A stretch of DNA of 64,000 bases. It comes from Dehalococcoidia bacterium (GTDB taxonomy: Bacteria > Chloroflexota > Dehalococcoidia > Lucifugimonadales > UBA3495). The position numbers and the translations under genes are program-made. The notes under the pieces are model-generated. The model ran no database searches. It worked only from the letters and a program-made list of their open reading frames with translations, and had not been told where the DNA came from. This document shows, piece after piece, positions 37,159 through 45,997 of the stretch. The stretch spans positions 244,255 to 308,254 of the forward strand of contig CBDBMT010000002.1 in NCBI GenBank assembly GCA_965207585.1, given 5' to 3'. The stretch's first letter is position 1. The number at the start of each line of letters is the position of its first letter.

Positions 37159-38618
37159 CTAGGCTTTCCGCATTTTCAAGCGGCGTAGGCGAGGGAATCC
37201 ACCATTCGGTGGTACAGAGTGGCAGGGAGTTCCCGTACATCGGGGTCGCCAGTCGACAGTTCGAAACCCTCTGACGCCAGCCACAGGTGGCGTCGCACCA
37301 GGGCGATGGCGTCCACGAAGGTCGGCGACGGTTTGTCGTACCAGGCGGCCCTGCGCTGGGTCATGGGGTGCTGTTTCTGCAGGGCGTGGGCGGCCAGGGT
37401 GGTCCAGGAGAAGAGACCCAGCAGGACGGGGGTAGTGCGGGCGATGGCCAGGTCGGACCATTGGCGCTGGGTCTCCACTCCCAGGTGGGTGCGCACCTCC
37501 TGAAAGGTCACTTCCAGTTGCCAGCGCAGGACAAACCACTGGAGGATCTGGGTCGGGTTCGCCGACGGGTCGGTGCAGAGCAGGGCCTGGGGGTCGAAGG
37601 CGCCCTGGGGATCGCGGATCAGCACCCAGCGGATGGTGACGGCCGGTTTGCCCGAGCGGTACCAGACAGCGGTCTGGGAGGTGAGTTCCACGGTGCGGGT
37701 GGTGCCGTCGTACCAGGACACCGCGGCGACGGTCCACGCCACGTCGGCTCGCTCAAGGAGCGTTTTGAGCGAGGGTCGCCGCTCGCCTTTCAGCGGCGGC
37801 CGGCCGTTCTGACCCGGCTGACGAGGCGGCGCTGGCGCGTACAGAGCGGCGTCCAGGCGCAGTCTGGCGATGAGGGTTACGGGTTCACGGAGCGACTGGC
37901 AGCAGCGCAGCAGGTCCAGTACGGCGTAGCCGTTGTCGCCCACCAGGACCAGCTTACGCTGGGGCAGCCAGCGGCGCAGTTGCATGACCATCTGGCGGGC
38001 CCAGTCGGTCACCTTCTTGTGCCGGCGTCCCTGCTGCTGGTGGTAGCGAGACGAGGGCGCCAGCACCGTGAGCACCGGCAACGCCCAATGGCGTCCCGCC
38101 CACGGCACGTGGCCCAGCCACATCAGGGAGATCCAGCGCAGCCCGCTGGCCTTGACCAGCTGATGGCGGCTGGAACGCACTGGGTCGCGGTAGATGGCCC
38201 GCGCCTTGATCTTGGCTCCACGACGTCGTTCCAAGGTTTCGTCGATGCCGAAGATCAACGGGCCGTCGCCGCGATCCAGATGCTGGAGTAGGAGCACCAG
38301 CAGGACGTGGGCTACCCCACGGGACGACCACACCGCTCGGTTGAGCACCGCGTGGTAGCGGGCGTAATTCCGGTCGTCGCTCAGTCCCATGACGCGGAGC
38401 GCCGCGGCCACGGTGCGTTGGCCCGGGGTCAGGATCGCGCCGACCAGCAGTAGTTGGGCTTTCCGCCAGGTTGGGGTGGTGAACAAAGTTGCGAAGGGGA
38501 AGAGAAGGGCTACAATGGCGTCGGGCAGGGTGAGCATGGTCGGGCCTTTCCGTCGAAAGTGGGGTCAGGCCAGCTTACCCTGTCTTTTTACTTTTTCTAA
38601 ATTTTGCAGAAAGTCCAG
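37159..38618 (-). mobile_element. insertion sequence, about 1.46 kb, IS4/IS701-type (family call tentative)
   Basis: Imperfect terminal inverted repeats CTAGGCTTTCCGCATTTTCAAG (37159-37180) and CTAAATTTTGCAGAAAGTCCAG (38597-38618), about 14 of 22 positions matching. A single transposase ORF fills the element. Confidence 0.7.
37176..38537 (-). CDS. DDE transposase (IS4/IS701-like)
   Basis: Candidate DDE triad contexts LIFGIDETL, LVLVGDNGYAV and LRWQLEVTFQEVRTHLG. 453 aa. Confidence 0.85.
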   Translation of the reverse strand: MLTLPDAIVALLFPFATLFTTPTWRKAQLLLVGAILTPGQRTVAAALRVMGLSDDRNYARYHAVLNRAVWSSRGVAHVLLVLLLQHLDRGDGPLIFGIDETLERRRGAKIKARAIYRDPVRSSRHQLVKASGLRWISLMWLGHVPWAGRHWALPVLTVLAPSSRYHQQQGRRHKKVTDWARQMVMQLRRWLPQRKLVLVGDNGYAVLDLLRCCQSLREPVTLIARLRLDAALYAPAPPRQPGQNGRPPLKGERRPSLKTLLERADVAWTVAAVSWYDGTTRTVELTSQTAVWYRSGKPAVTIRWVLIRDPQGAFDPQALLCTDPSANPTQILQWFVLRWQLEVTFQEVRTHLGVETQRQWSDLAIARTTPVLLGLFSWTTLAAHALQKQHPMTQRRAAWYDKPSPTFVDAIALVRRHLWLASEGFELSTGDPDVRELPATLYHRMVDSLAYAA

Positions 38619-39611
38619 CTTGTAGTAAGCGCTGGCTTCGTGCGGTGTTTCCTTGGTAGTCCAATCAACGGTGACGTTCTCTTGGCACGCGGCGTCGTTG
38701 GGCCAGCGCTGGAATATGCCGGTGATGTAGAACTTAGCAGATTGGCCCTCATAGATGCGGGTTTGTGCCCGGTCGCCACTGCCGAAGATGAACACTTCGG
38801 AGGGAAGCGGCCGTTTTTCGCCTTGTTCGGTCCATCCGTCGCCGCTGCCGTGCAGGCTGTTGATCGTGACGCGCGCGATCTGGAGGTCGGGGTACACGCT
38901 GATTTTGCGACTGGGCGACCCGGCGCTTCTCCGTGCATTTTTCTTTGCCTGTTCTGTGGTCACGATCTGGTAGGGTGGCTTGGTTCGTTCTGGAGTGATA
39001 TTGACGTCCTTGTATCCGGTGTCGTCCCAGGTCATGCCGGTGATGACCAGGTCGAAGGACTCCTTATCCTCGATGACCTTGTCGCCCTTGATCCAGACTT
39101 CGGCCAAACCAACGTTTTGTCCTTGTTCGAAGACCACCCGACCGTTGGTGACGGGCTCGTAGTCCTTGCCATGTTCGGCGCGTTCCTGCGTTTCGTTGTC
39201 AACGGTGGAGAAGTACACTGTGTGTTGACCACATGATCGGTTGTCGCCAATACGGATGGGCACCTGGAGGAGTCGCTTGCCCGGCGGTCCGTCAACTCTG
39301 ATCTCGGCCTCGGCGATGGTGCGGTAAGTTCCCAGGAAACCCACTTTGGTTGGGCAGTGCGAGGCAGCTTGCCAATTCCCGGCATGCCATGCAAACTTCC
39401 CAGATTGGGTTTTGACGTCGTTTGCGGAGATTTCCGGCGGCTTGTGAAAGCGATACCTGATGTCGGGGATGCCCCAATGACCGCCGGGTTGTCCGCCGCC
39501 TGTGGCCTGAGTCGCCTGTGGCGTCAGGGTCAGGTATGCGCCGACGCTGACGGCTGCCGCCAGAGCGGCGACGATGACGAGCGCGCTGAGTTTCTTGATC
39601 CGTGTCTTCAT
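38619..39611 (-). pseudogene. N-terminal part (about 331 codons) of the IS-split Calx-beta protein gene
   Basis: GAGGAGA lies before the ATG at 39611. Signal peptide MKTRIKKLSALVIVAALAAAVSVGA. The ORF tail FLQNLEKVKRQGKLA (38565-38612) is IS-derived read-through. Confidence 0.7.
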
Positions 39612-40154
39612 GATTTCTCCTCTGCGCCGGTGGTGGCCGGCATTGGTTGGCGGCGTCCGGCTTCGTCTCCTTGTTGAAACTGTGTGGAGCGGAGTTGCCA
39701 ATGGCATGTTGTATTTTGCGCACCTCCTGTTGGTCTTGGGAGTAAATGTAGCGAAACGCGACGTTTGCGGTTTTGCGGTTATGTCCGGTATCGGATGGCG
39801 GCGGAATCTGCCGTCAGCTCGTGTCTCCGGTTGTGACGGCCTTTGATTTCATTCATGTTCGTCGTCGCGCCAGTGGCGTCAATGTGGTCGGCCCCGGCTG
39901 GTATTTCACTGGCTGCCTCCGTCGGTGGTGACGGGAGGCGCTGACATAACGTTACGGCATCGGCAGGGCGCGACGCCGTTTTTGGGCGCTCTCCCGGGCA
40001 TGGGGACGCGGTTTGCGGGGACCGGCGGGGTGTAGGCGGGGAGCGGGCGACGCTCGGGTGACGGGGCGTCTGAAGCGGTTCACGGCTCCGGTGAGGTGAG
40101 GGAACGGCGGTTGGGACGACGTGGTGTTGACTGTGATCAGCGGGTGGCGCGGTT

Positions 40155-40245
40155 GCGCTCCCGGGGCAAAACGGGGGCTGGTCACTACAATCCAGAATGT
40201 TGGGAGCCTTCCGCAAGGAAGGGCTGCGCGAGCGTTCTGGAAACC
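40155..40245 (+). promoter_or_regulatory. conserved structured leader, copy B, ending 4 nt before the methyltransferase ATG
   Basis: Same boxes as copy A: GCGCTCCCGGGGCAAAACGGGG, TACAAT, and TCCAGAA-37 nt-TTCTGGA enclosing CCTTCC-GCAA-GGAAGG. Confidence 0.5.
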
Positions 40246-42069
40246 ATGGCCGACAATCCGCTGAATGCCGTCAATCGCGGCGTCTACATCGCCGACAACC
40301 TTGATTTCCTCAAGTCGTTGAGTGACGGGTGCGTCGACCTGGTGTGCATTGACCCGCCGTTCGCCAAGAACGAAACCTTCGGGCGAAAGAACGACAGGTC
40401 GCCGGATCCGCTGAAGCCGCCGCTGACGAACGAAGAGCGCATGACGGAGTTGGCGCTGCTGGGGCGTTGGGGCATTCGCAACGAGGCGGATGCCGAGAAG
40501 GCCGGCATTGACTGGCCGGATACTCGCTACAAGGACTTCTGGTCTTGGGAGGGGGATGTCCACGAGTCTTGGCTGCGGGACATCGAGGACGACCATCCGT
40601 CCATTGCCAAGCTGATTGACGTGACCAGAGACATTCACGGCGACGGCACCGCGGCCTACCTGTGCTACATGGCCGTCAGGCTTTTTGAGATCAAGCGCGT
40701 ACTGAAGGACACCGGCAGCCTGTACCTGCACTGCGACCACACGGCTGGTGCCTACTTGCGACAATTGCTGGACGGCGTTTTCGGCCGACGGAATTTCCGC
40801 AGTGCGATTTCGTGGGAACGCAATGACGGACGTGGCAAAGGTAGTCAGCACGCTCCCAAAACATGGGGGGTTCAGACTGACACCATTCTCTACTACGCCA
40901 AATCTGACCGAGCCGCGCTGAATCCAAACATCGCAATCAATGCGGACGACGCTGAAAGAGATTTCCCACGCGTCGACGCAGCGGGTCGCCGGTACAAGAC
41001 AGGGATTCCCGTCTTCTGCTCGAAGTCCATGGGCGCCAGACCAAATCTATGCTTTGAGTGGCGGGGTTACGCTAATCCGCATCCAAGCGGCTGTCGACTT
41101 TCCAAAGAACGATTGGAAGAAGAGTATCAACGCGGCAACGTAGTCATTCGGGCAAACGGAAAACTTGAGCGGCGCAAGTACCTCGACGAATACGCAGGCA
41201 GACCCGTTGGCGACTTGTGGTTGGGCATTCCAGCCACCAAGGGCATTGAACGCACTGGCTACCCTACGCAGAAGCCCGTCGCCCTAGCAGAGCGCATCAT
41301 CAGGGCATCCTGTCCCGAGGACGGCGTCGTACTCGACTGCTTCGCCGGCTGCGCTTACGTGGCCATCGCTGCTGAGCGCTTGGGCCGCAACTGGGTCGAC
41401 TGCGACATCAATCCCCGCGCTTGGACGGTCTTCAAGCGGCAGTTCAGCAAGCCCAAACTTGCCCTGCTGACGTGTGCCGAGCCCATGCCGGCTCTTGGTC
41501 AGCAGCGACCGCTACAGGCGAACTCTGTCACCGTGCACGGGCCGTGCGAGTTGCCGAAGGATACGATTCGTACTGAGAACGTGCCGCGGCCATTGCCGCC
41601 GCCCAAACCTGTTACCTACAAGCGGCGAACTAGCATCATTTCGCCGCAGCGGATGCTGGAGTTCCTCTTGGATTTGTCGGACTACACCGCTTGGTGTTGT
41701 GGCTTCGCCAACCGTAAGCCCAGTGGTGAAGTCGTGCGTACGGCGAACAATTTTCACCTTGACCACCTGGACCCCAAGTCCAAAGACGGTTCCGACGAGA
41801 TCTTTAACCGGGCCCCGTTGTGCCCGCATCACAACGTTCACAAGAACGTGCGTCGCGTTCACCTTGATGACTACCGTCGGGAGATTGCCGCTGCTGGCGA
41901 ACTGCTGGTGGACGGTGTTGACGACTTGGTCCACCTGGCCTGGGCCAGGGATCAGGTGATGGACTTCTGGGCCCAGGAACGCATGAAGTTCCCGCCCCAA
42001 GTTGACTTGCAAGGGCGATCGCACTTGGTGCGGCCCGGTGGGCGGCGGCGTTCCGGCGGCGGAACGTAG
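40246..42069 (+). CDS. beta-class N4/N6 DNA methyltransferase fused to a C-terminal HNH-like nuclease domain
   Basis: DPPF motif (VCIDPPFAKNE), the catalytic/AdoMet region and TGYPTQKPVALAERII...VLDCFAGCAY. C-terminal FHLDHLDPKSKDGSDEIFNRAPLCPHHNVHKN. Confidence 0.88.
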   Translation: MADNPLNAVNRGVYIADNLDFLKSLSDGCVDLVCIDPPFAKNETFGRKNDRSPDPLKPPLTNEERMTELALLGRWGIRNEADAEKAGIDWPDTRYKDFWSWEGDVHESWLRDIEDDHPSIAKLIDVTRDIHGDGTAAYLCYMAVRLFEIKRVLKDTGSLYLHCDHTAGAYLRQLLDGVFGRRNFRSAISWERNDGRGKGSQHAPKTWGVQTDTILYYAKSDRAALNPNIAINADDAERDFPRVDAAGRRYKTGIPVFCSKSMGARPNLCFEWRGYANPHPSGCRLSKERLEEEYQRGNVVIRANGKLERRKYLDEYAGRPVGDLWLGIPATKGIERTGYPTQKPVALAERIIRASCPEDGVVLDCFAGCAYVAIAAERLGRNWVDCDINPRAWTVFKRQFSKPKLALLTCAEPMPALGQQRPLQANSVTVHGPCELPKDTIRTENVPRPLPPPKPVTYKRRTSIISPQRMLEFLLDLSDYTAWCCGFANRKPSGEVVRTANNFHLDHLDPKSKDGSDEIFNRAPLCPHHNVHKNVRRVHLDDYRREIAAAGELLVDGVDDLVHLAWARDQVMDFWAQERMKFPPQVDLQGRSHLVRPGGRRRSGGGT

Positions 42070-42070
42070 G

Positions 42071-42490
42071 ATGCGTTCTATGACGAAAGGGAAGTCTGTG
42101 CTCACGCCCTGCGAAATCCGTAAGGTGCGGATTGCCATGCTCGAGATGGTATTCGACACTTCCAGTTCAGGCGTTGACCTGACGGTTGATTTGTGCAAGG
42201 CAGAGTGGCGTGGGACTTTTCCAGCGGATGATGGCTACTGGCTTACTTCCCTTATGTCTGAGATGATGGTCAAGGGCTACGTTACGCCCAAGGCGTGGCT
42301 GGATGGCGGTGTTCCTGACGGCGGCGGCGGTTGGGACGGCATCACGTGGGCGGGAGTGGAGCATCTTCACGAGTTGAAACACCCTGTCCGTGTTTGGATG
42401 TTTCGTAACTGGTTCCCGTTGTCGGTAGCCATTGTAACCTTTCTGGTTAGTTTGGTCGGTTTCGTGGTTCCGTTGGTTGTCGCATCGTAG
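42071..42490 (+). CDS. small wHTH-like protein with C-terminal TM helix, hypothetical
   Basis: The ATG lies 2 nt after the methyltransferase stop. ...LMSEMMVKGYVTP...ITWAGVEHLHEL has a DUF2513-like pattern. Tail is WFPLSVAIVTFLVSLVGFVVPLVV. Confidence 0.5.
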   Translation: MRSMTKGKSVLTPCEIRKVRIAMLEMVFDTSSSGVDLTVDLCKAEWRGTFPADDGYWLTSLMSEMMVKGYVTPKAWLDGGVPDGGGGWDGITWAGVEHLHELKHPVRVWMFRNWFPLSVAIVTFLVSLVGFVVPLVVAS

Positions 42491-42535
42491 TGGAGAACGG
42501 TTCTGGGGGCCTGAGCATGTGGAGGAACGGACATC

Positions 42536-43642
42536 ATGCCGCTTGACGACTTGGTTGGCGTCATCGGGACGCTGCAGAGCCGTATCTGCGCCCACGGGCC
42601 CGCGCTGCGGGAGAATGAGACCCGCACACGCATGGCGCTGTGCGACCCGCTGTTGCGCGTGCTGGGCTGGGATGTCTCTGATCCTGGCCTCGTGATGCCT
42701 GAGTACAACGTCTCCGGTCGTCGCGCGGACTACGCTCTGTTGTGGCCCGACGGCCAGCCGGTCGCCACCGTAGAGGCGAAGAAACTGGGCGCGTCCTTGG
42801 AGGCGCACCGGATGCAGATGCTCAACTACTCGAACGCTTCGGGCGTGGAGTACGCTGGTCTGACGGACGGCGACCGTTGGGAGCTGTACGAGGTCTTCAA
42901 GCGGGGCCAGCTCGAGGAGCGCCGCATCCTCGATGTGTCACTGTCCGAAATGGCGGCCCACGAGTGCGCGTTGCGGCTGTTGCTGCTGTGGCGGCCTAAC
43001 CTCGAATCCGGCAAGCCGGTGGTTGCGAATGAGCCGGCGTTCGGCGGTGGTGTGTGGGCTGAGTTCAGGTCTGAAACTCCGGAGGAACTGCCTGCTGATC
43101 TTGACGCCAAGATCCGCTCTCTGCGGGTTGCTGGTCGCACTCACCGGCAGATCTGCGGAGCCCTCGGCGTGAGCAAGGGGCGGGTGGCGCGCGCTCTGGG
43201 TTCCACGCCAGTTGCGGGCGGAGCGAAATCCGACGTGCCGCCCGTGTCGGGAAGTTGGGTTTCTCTGGCGGAGTATGACCCGCCTAGCGGCAGCGTTCCA
43301 CCGTCGCTGATCCGTTTTCCCAATGAGGAGACGCAAGGTCTCAATCGCTGGTGCGACGTCTTGGTTTCAGTTGCTGAGTGGCTCAGTGCCACCGGCCAGC
43401 TCACGGTTTCCAACACGCCAGTCGTGGCTAGTCGTCCTGGGACTTACATCGTCCACAATCAACCGGTGCATCCCACTGGGAAAGCGTTTTTCCAGCACCG
43501 TACGGTTGATGGCGGCCGCTTGGTTGTCAACATCCACGGCACTTCCGTCCATTTGCGAAGTAGAGCTCGCCAGTTGCTCGCGCACTGCGGCGTCGGTGCT
43601 GACGCCGTGTACTTGCAAGTTGGGTCGTCAGCCGGTGGCTGA
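42536..43642 (+). CDS. restriction-endonuclease-like (HsdR N-terminal type PD-(D/E)xK) protein with an internal HTH
   Basis: ENETRTRMALCDPLLRVLGW...RRADYALLWPDGQPVATVEAKKLG...LTDGDRWELY matches the HSDR_N pattern. HTH is RTHRQICGALGVSKGRVARAL. Confidence 0.65.
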   Translation: MPLDDLVGVIGTLQSRICAHGPALRENETRTRMALCDPLLRVLGWDVSDPGLVMPEYNVSGRRADYALLWPDGQPVATVEAKKLGASLEAHRMQMLNYSNASGVEYAGLTDGDRWELYEVFKRGQLEERRILDVSLSEMAAHECALRLLLLWRPNLESGKPVVANEPAFGGGVWAEFRSETPEELPADLDAKIRSLRVAGRTHRQICGALGVSKGRVARALGSTPVAGGAKSDVPPVSGSWVSLAEYDPPSGSVPPSLIRFPNEETQGLNRWCDVLVSVAEWLSATGQLTVSNTPVVASRPGTYIVHNQPVHPTGKAFFQHRTVDGGRLVVNIHGTSVHLRSRARQLLAHCGVGADAVYLQVGSSAGG

Positions 43643-43718
43643 CGTGGGACCCGCAACTGCGGTAGCTGCGGATCTGACCCCGCAGAGGCGGCGAAGGCAG
43701 TCAACATGACGTGGAGGC

Positions 43719-44087
43719 ATGATGATTTTCGACATCGATACCGCGGTTCGTATTGGCGAGGTGCTGCGTGGGCAGGAGCGGGTGGTTGGAGTCGTCAACT
43801 ACTCGGTCATTGACTCTTTGGACGATGTCCGCACCAAGCGCCAGCTTTTGCTGGGTCACCTCAGGATGATGGAAGACGCAGGTTGGGTAACGGATGTAGG
43901 TACGTACAATATCGCGGGTGATTTTCAGGCTCGACTGACGTATGGCGGTCAGCTGTGGCTGGACGTGGTTCAGGATGAAAGCCTGTTGCAGCGGGTGCGC
44001 GATGTCGTGACGGAGTTTGGCCTTGTTGCCGCGAACAGCGTTGTGGTCGAGGTCATTAAGTCAATCGCGTCTAGGGTCGGTCAGTAA
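43719..44087 (+). CDS. small wHTH-like protein, hypothetical; distant paralog of 42071..42490
   Basis: ...LLGHLRMMEDAGWVTDVGTYNIAGDFQARLTYGGQLWL... has the same DUF2513-like pattern. Confidence 0.5.
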   Translation: MMIFDIDTAVRIGEVLRGQERVVGVVNYSVIDSLDDVRTKRQLLLGHLRMMEDAGWVTDVGTYNIAGDFQARLTYGGQLWLDVVQDESLLQRVRDVVTEFGLVAANSVVVEVIKSIASRVGQ

Positions 44088-44131
44088 TGGCTGACCAGAT
44101 CGCGGAGAAGTGCATCAGGTGTTCTGGCGGC

Positions 44132-44518
44132 TTAGGCGGCTTCTACTCTTTGCAGGTAGAGAACCCTTTGGTTCCGCCAAAGCGGGTCTTGCTCAGTAAC
44201 TTCCGCACAGTGGAAGCGGTAACGCTTGCCGACCTGTAGGCCGTCCAAACTGGGACCACTTGGGGCAGTCTTGCCGGTTTTCATACCGCTGTCGGTGAGA
44301 AGGCTCCATTTACCTTTGCCGTGGTCAGCAAGCTCAACTTGTCCGGTGAGCGTGCTGATCACATTGCTCGGCAGCATCATCTTTGTCGTGGCCTTTGGTG
44401 CTATGCTCATCACCGGTGCCGCATTGGCAGGTATCGCGACACTATCTTGACGGCGTAGAAACGTTGCTGAACTGCCCTTCCGGCTGCCTTGCTTTTTAGA
44501 ACACTGCCCCGCCCACAC
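44132..44518 (-). CDS. hypothetical protein; start uncertain
   Basis: ORF track only. Confidence 0.3.
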   Translation of the reverse strand: MWAGQCSKKQGSRKGSSATFLRRQDSVAIPANAAPVMSIAPKATTKMMLPSNVISTLTGQVELADHGKGKWSLLTDSGMKTGKTAPSGPSLDGLQVGKRYRFHCAEVTEQDPLWRNQRVLYLQRVEAA

Positions 44519-44801
44519 CGCGTCGGTGGGGTGGTAGATCCATTGGTGACGTCGATTGCCTTGTTGGATGCCGAGAGTGGGTTGTGCTCTGTAGGCGATG
44601 TGGCCTTGTGGGGCTGAGGATGGCCTTGTTGCATAGGTCAGTCTGCTGGCTGTTGTGCATCCCCTGTCACCGTGAGGGTAGTTTGCTTTATGCTATGATG
44701 CTCGACAGCCGATTGTCAGTTTCTCCGCATTCACAGAGGTCTAACTGGTAAGGCTGGATCAAATAATGTCCCCGCACCAATCGATCAGGAGAGAATCGAC
44801 C

Positions 44802-45191
44802 ATGACCACGTCACAGTATCCAACGCAGCGGATGCGGGAAGCCGATAAAGCAATTGCAGCCATCGAGATGGCAACGATTAACCAGAACAGCGAAAGAGCT
44901 GGCCTCGTCGCCAACACACCGGGCAGCTGCCCGGCATACATCTCGGCCAATGCCCGCCAAGTCGCGCGTGATGCCCGCGAACTGGCGGAGCAGATCCACA
45001 ATAACGCTGAAGAATACGTGCTAACGCCACTACTGGCCGCCCTGACCGCCGCTGTACTGCGACATCAAGCAAACGTGCTCGATGAAGAAGTCAGCGACTT
45101 CGAGATTGAACTCGACCGCAGTACGGAAGCACTCAACGACATGAAAGAAGAGTCCGACTACTACATGAGAAACATTCACTTCAACTCGTAG
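44802..45191 (+). CDS. hypothetical helical protein
   Basis: AGGAGAG lies 7 nt before the ATG at 44802. Helical composition. Confidence 0.45.
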   Translation: MTTSQYPTQRMREADKAIAAIEMATINQNSERAGLVANTPGSCPAYISANARQVARDARELAEQIHNNAEEYVLTPLLAALTAAVLRHQANVLDEEVSDFEIELDRSTEALNDMKEESDYYMRNIHFNS

Positions 45192-45286
45192 CTCTAACAG
45201 GTCCTTTCCCATGTTGGGGTGCCTGAAAACGCGAGAACGGTGGCGCAGGGTACCGTTCTGGTGGTGGTTTGGAAACGTAGCCTCTG

Positions 45287-45565
45287 CTACCGGCGGAGGT
45301 TGGGCCGTCTGTTGAGGATGTTCGTTTGGATCACGACGTCGTTTGGCGAAGGTGTGCGTGGTCTGCTTGGGTTCCCTGGTGGGTTGATGTGCATTCCTTC
45401 TCGTAGGGCCTTCTTTACGCCGTACGGGTCGTTGTCGATGACACGCCCGTGGTGACCTCCGACGGTAGTCTCTTGGCCTCTTGTGGGGTCGGCCCCGTCG
45501 TCTGGCGGTCCAGTCACGATTTGGAAACCACCGATGTAGTTGCTGTGGTCGTGGGGATGCTTCAT
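45287..45565 (-). CDS. hypothetical small protein
   Basis: ORF track. AGGAGC lies upstream of the ATG. Confidence 0.3.
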   Translation of the reverse strand: MKHPHDHSNYIGGFQIVTGPPDDGADPTRGQETTVGGHHGRVIDNDPYGVKKALREGMHINPPGNPSRPRTPSPNDVVIQTNILNRRPNLRR

Positions 45566-45661
45566 GTCGTTGCTCCTGGAACGGGTTTGAAAATCTCCCT
45601 GCTCGGAATTTAACCCATCTGCGGCAGATTCTGCTTGGTCAAGTTGCCTCAGATTGAATGA

Positions 45662-45979
45662 TCAGGGACTGGCTTGATCGTATATTGCCTGGCGCAGTTG
45701 TCCGATGCGGTTGATGCGGCCGGCGTGCTGTTCCAGTGTCATCGGGTTCCACGTGATGTCGTAATTGACGACGGCGGAGCAGAATTGCAGGTTCAGCGAT
45801 TCCGACGCCGTCTTGGTGCAGAGCAGGATGCCGGCCGGCTGTTTGCGGAATTTCTCCAGACGTAGGGTGCGGTCGTATCGGATGGCTTGTTCCAGCAAGG
45901 GCTCGTAGAGTCCTTTGACCAAGTCCGGGCAGTTGCTGTGGTCGTAGACTGGCTGGAGGTTGAGTTCGGTTAGGGGCAT
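45662..45979 (-). pseudogene. deletion remnant of an SNF2-type helicase (N-terminal about 40 aa joined to helicase motifs V-VI)
   Basis: ...SLNLQFCSAVVNYDITWNPMTLEQHAGRINRIGQ is the SF2 motif V/VI context. At only 105 aa it is far too short for a helicase. Confidence 0.7.
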
Positions 45980-45997
45980 GGGTCTCTTGGGAATTTC

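Noticed and set aside
37287-38291. 334-aa plus-strand ORF inside the IS
   Set aside because: It runs antisense to the transposase, which has clear DDE contexts. The antisense ORF is Gly/Arg/Pro-rich with no motifs.
39952-40851. 299-aa minus-strand ORF (similar case: 39779..40216)
   Set aside because: It runs antisense to the methyltransferase and its leader. The composition is low-complexity and Pro/Arg/Val-rich, with no motifs.
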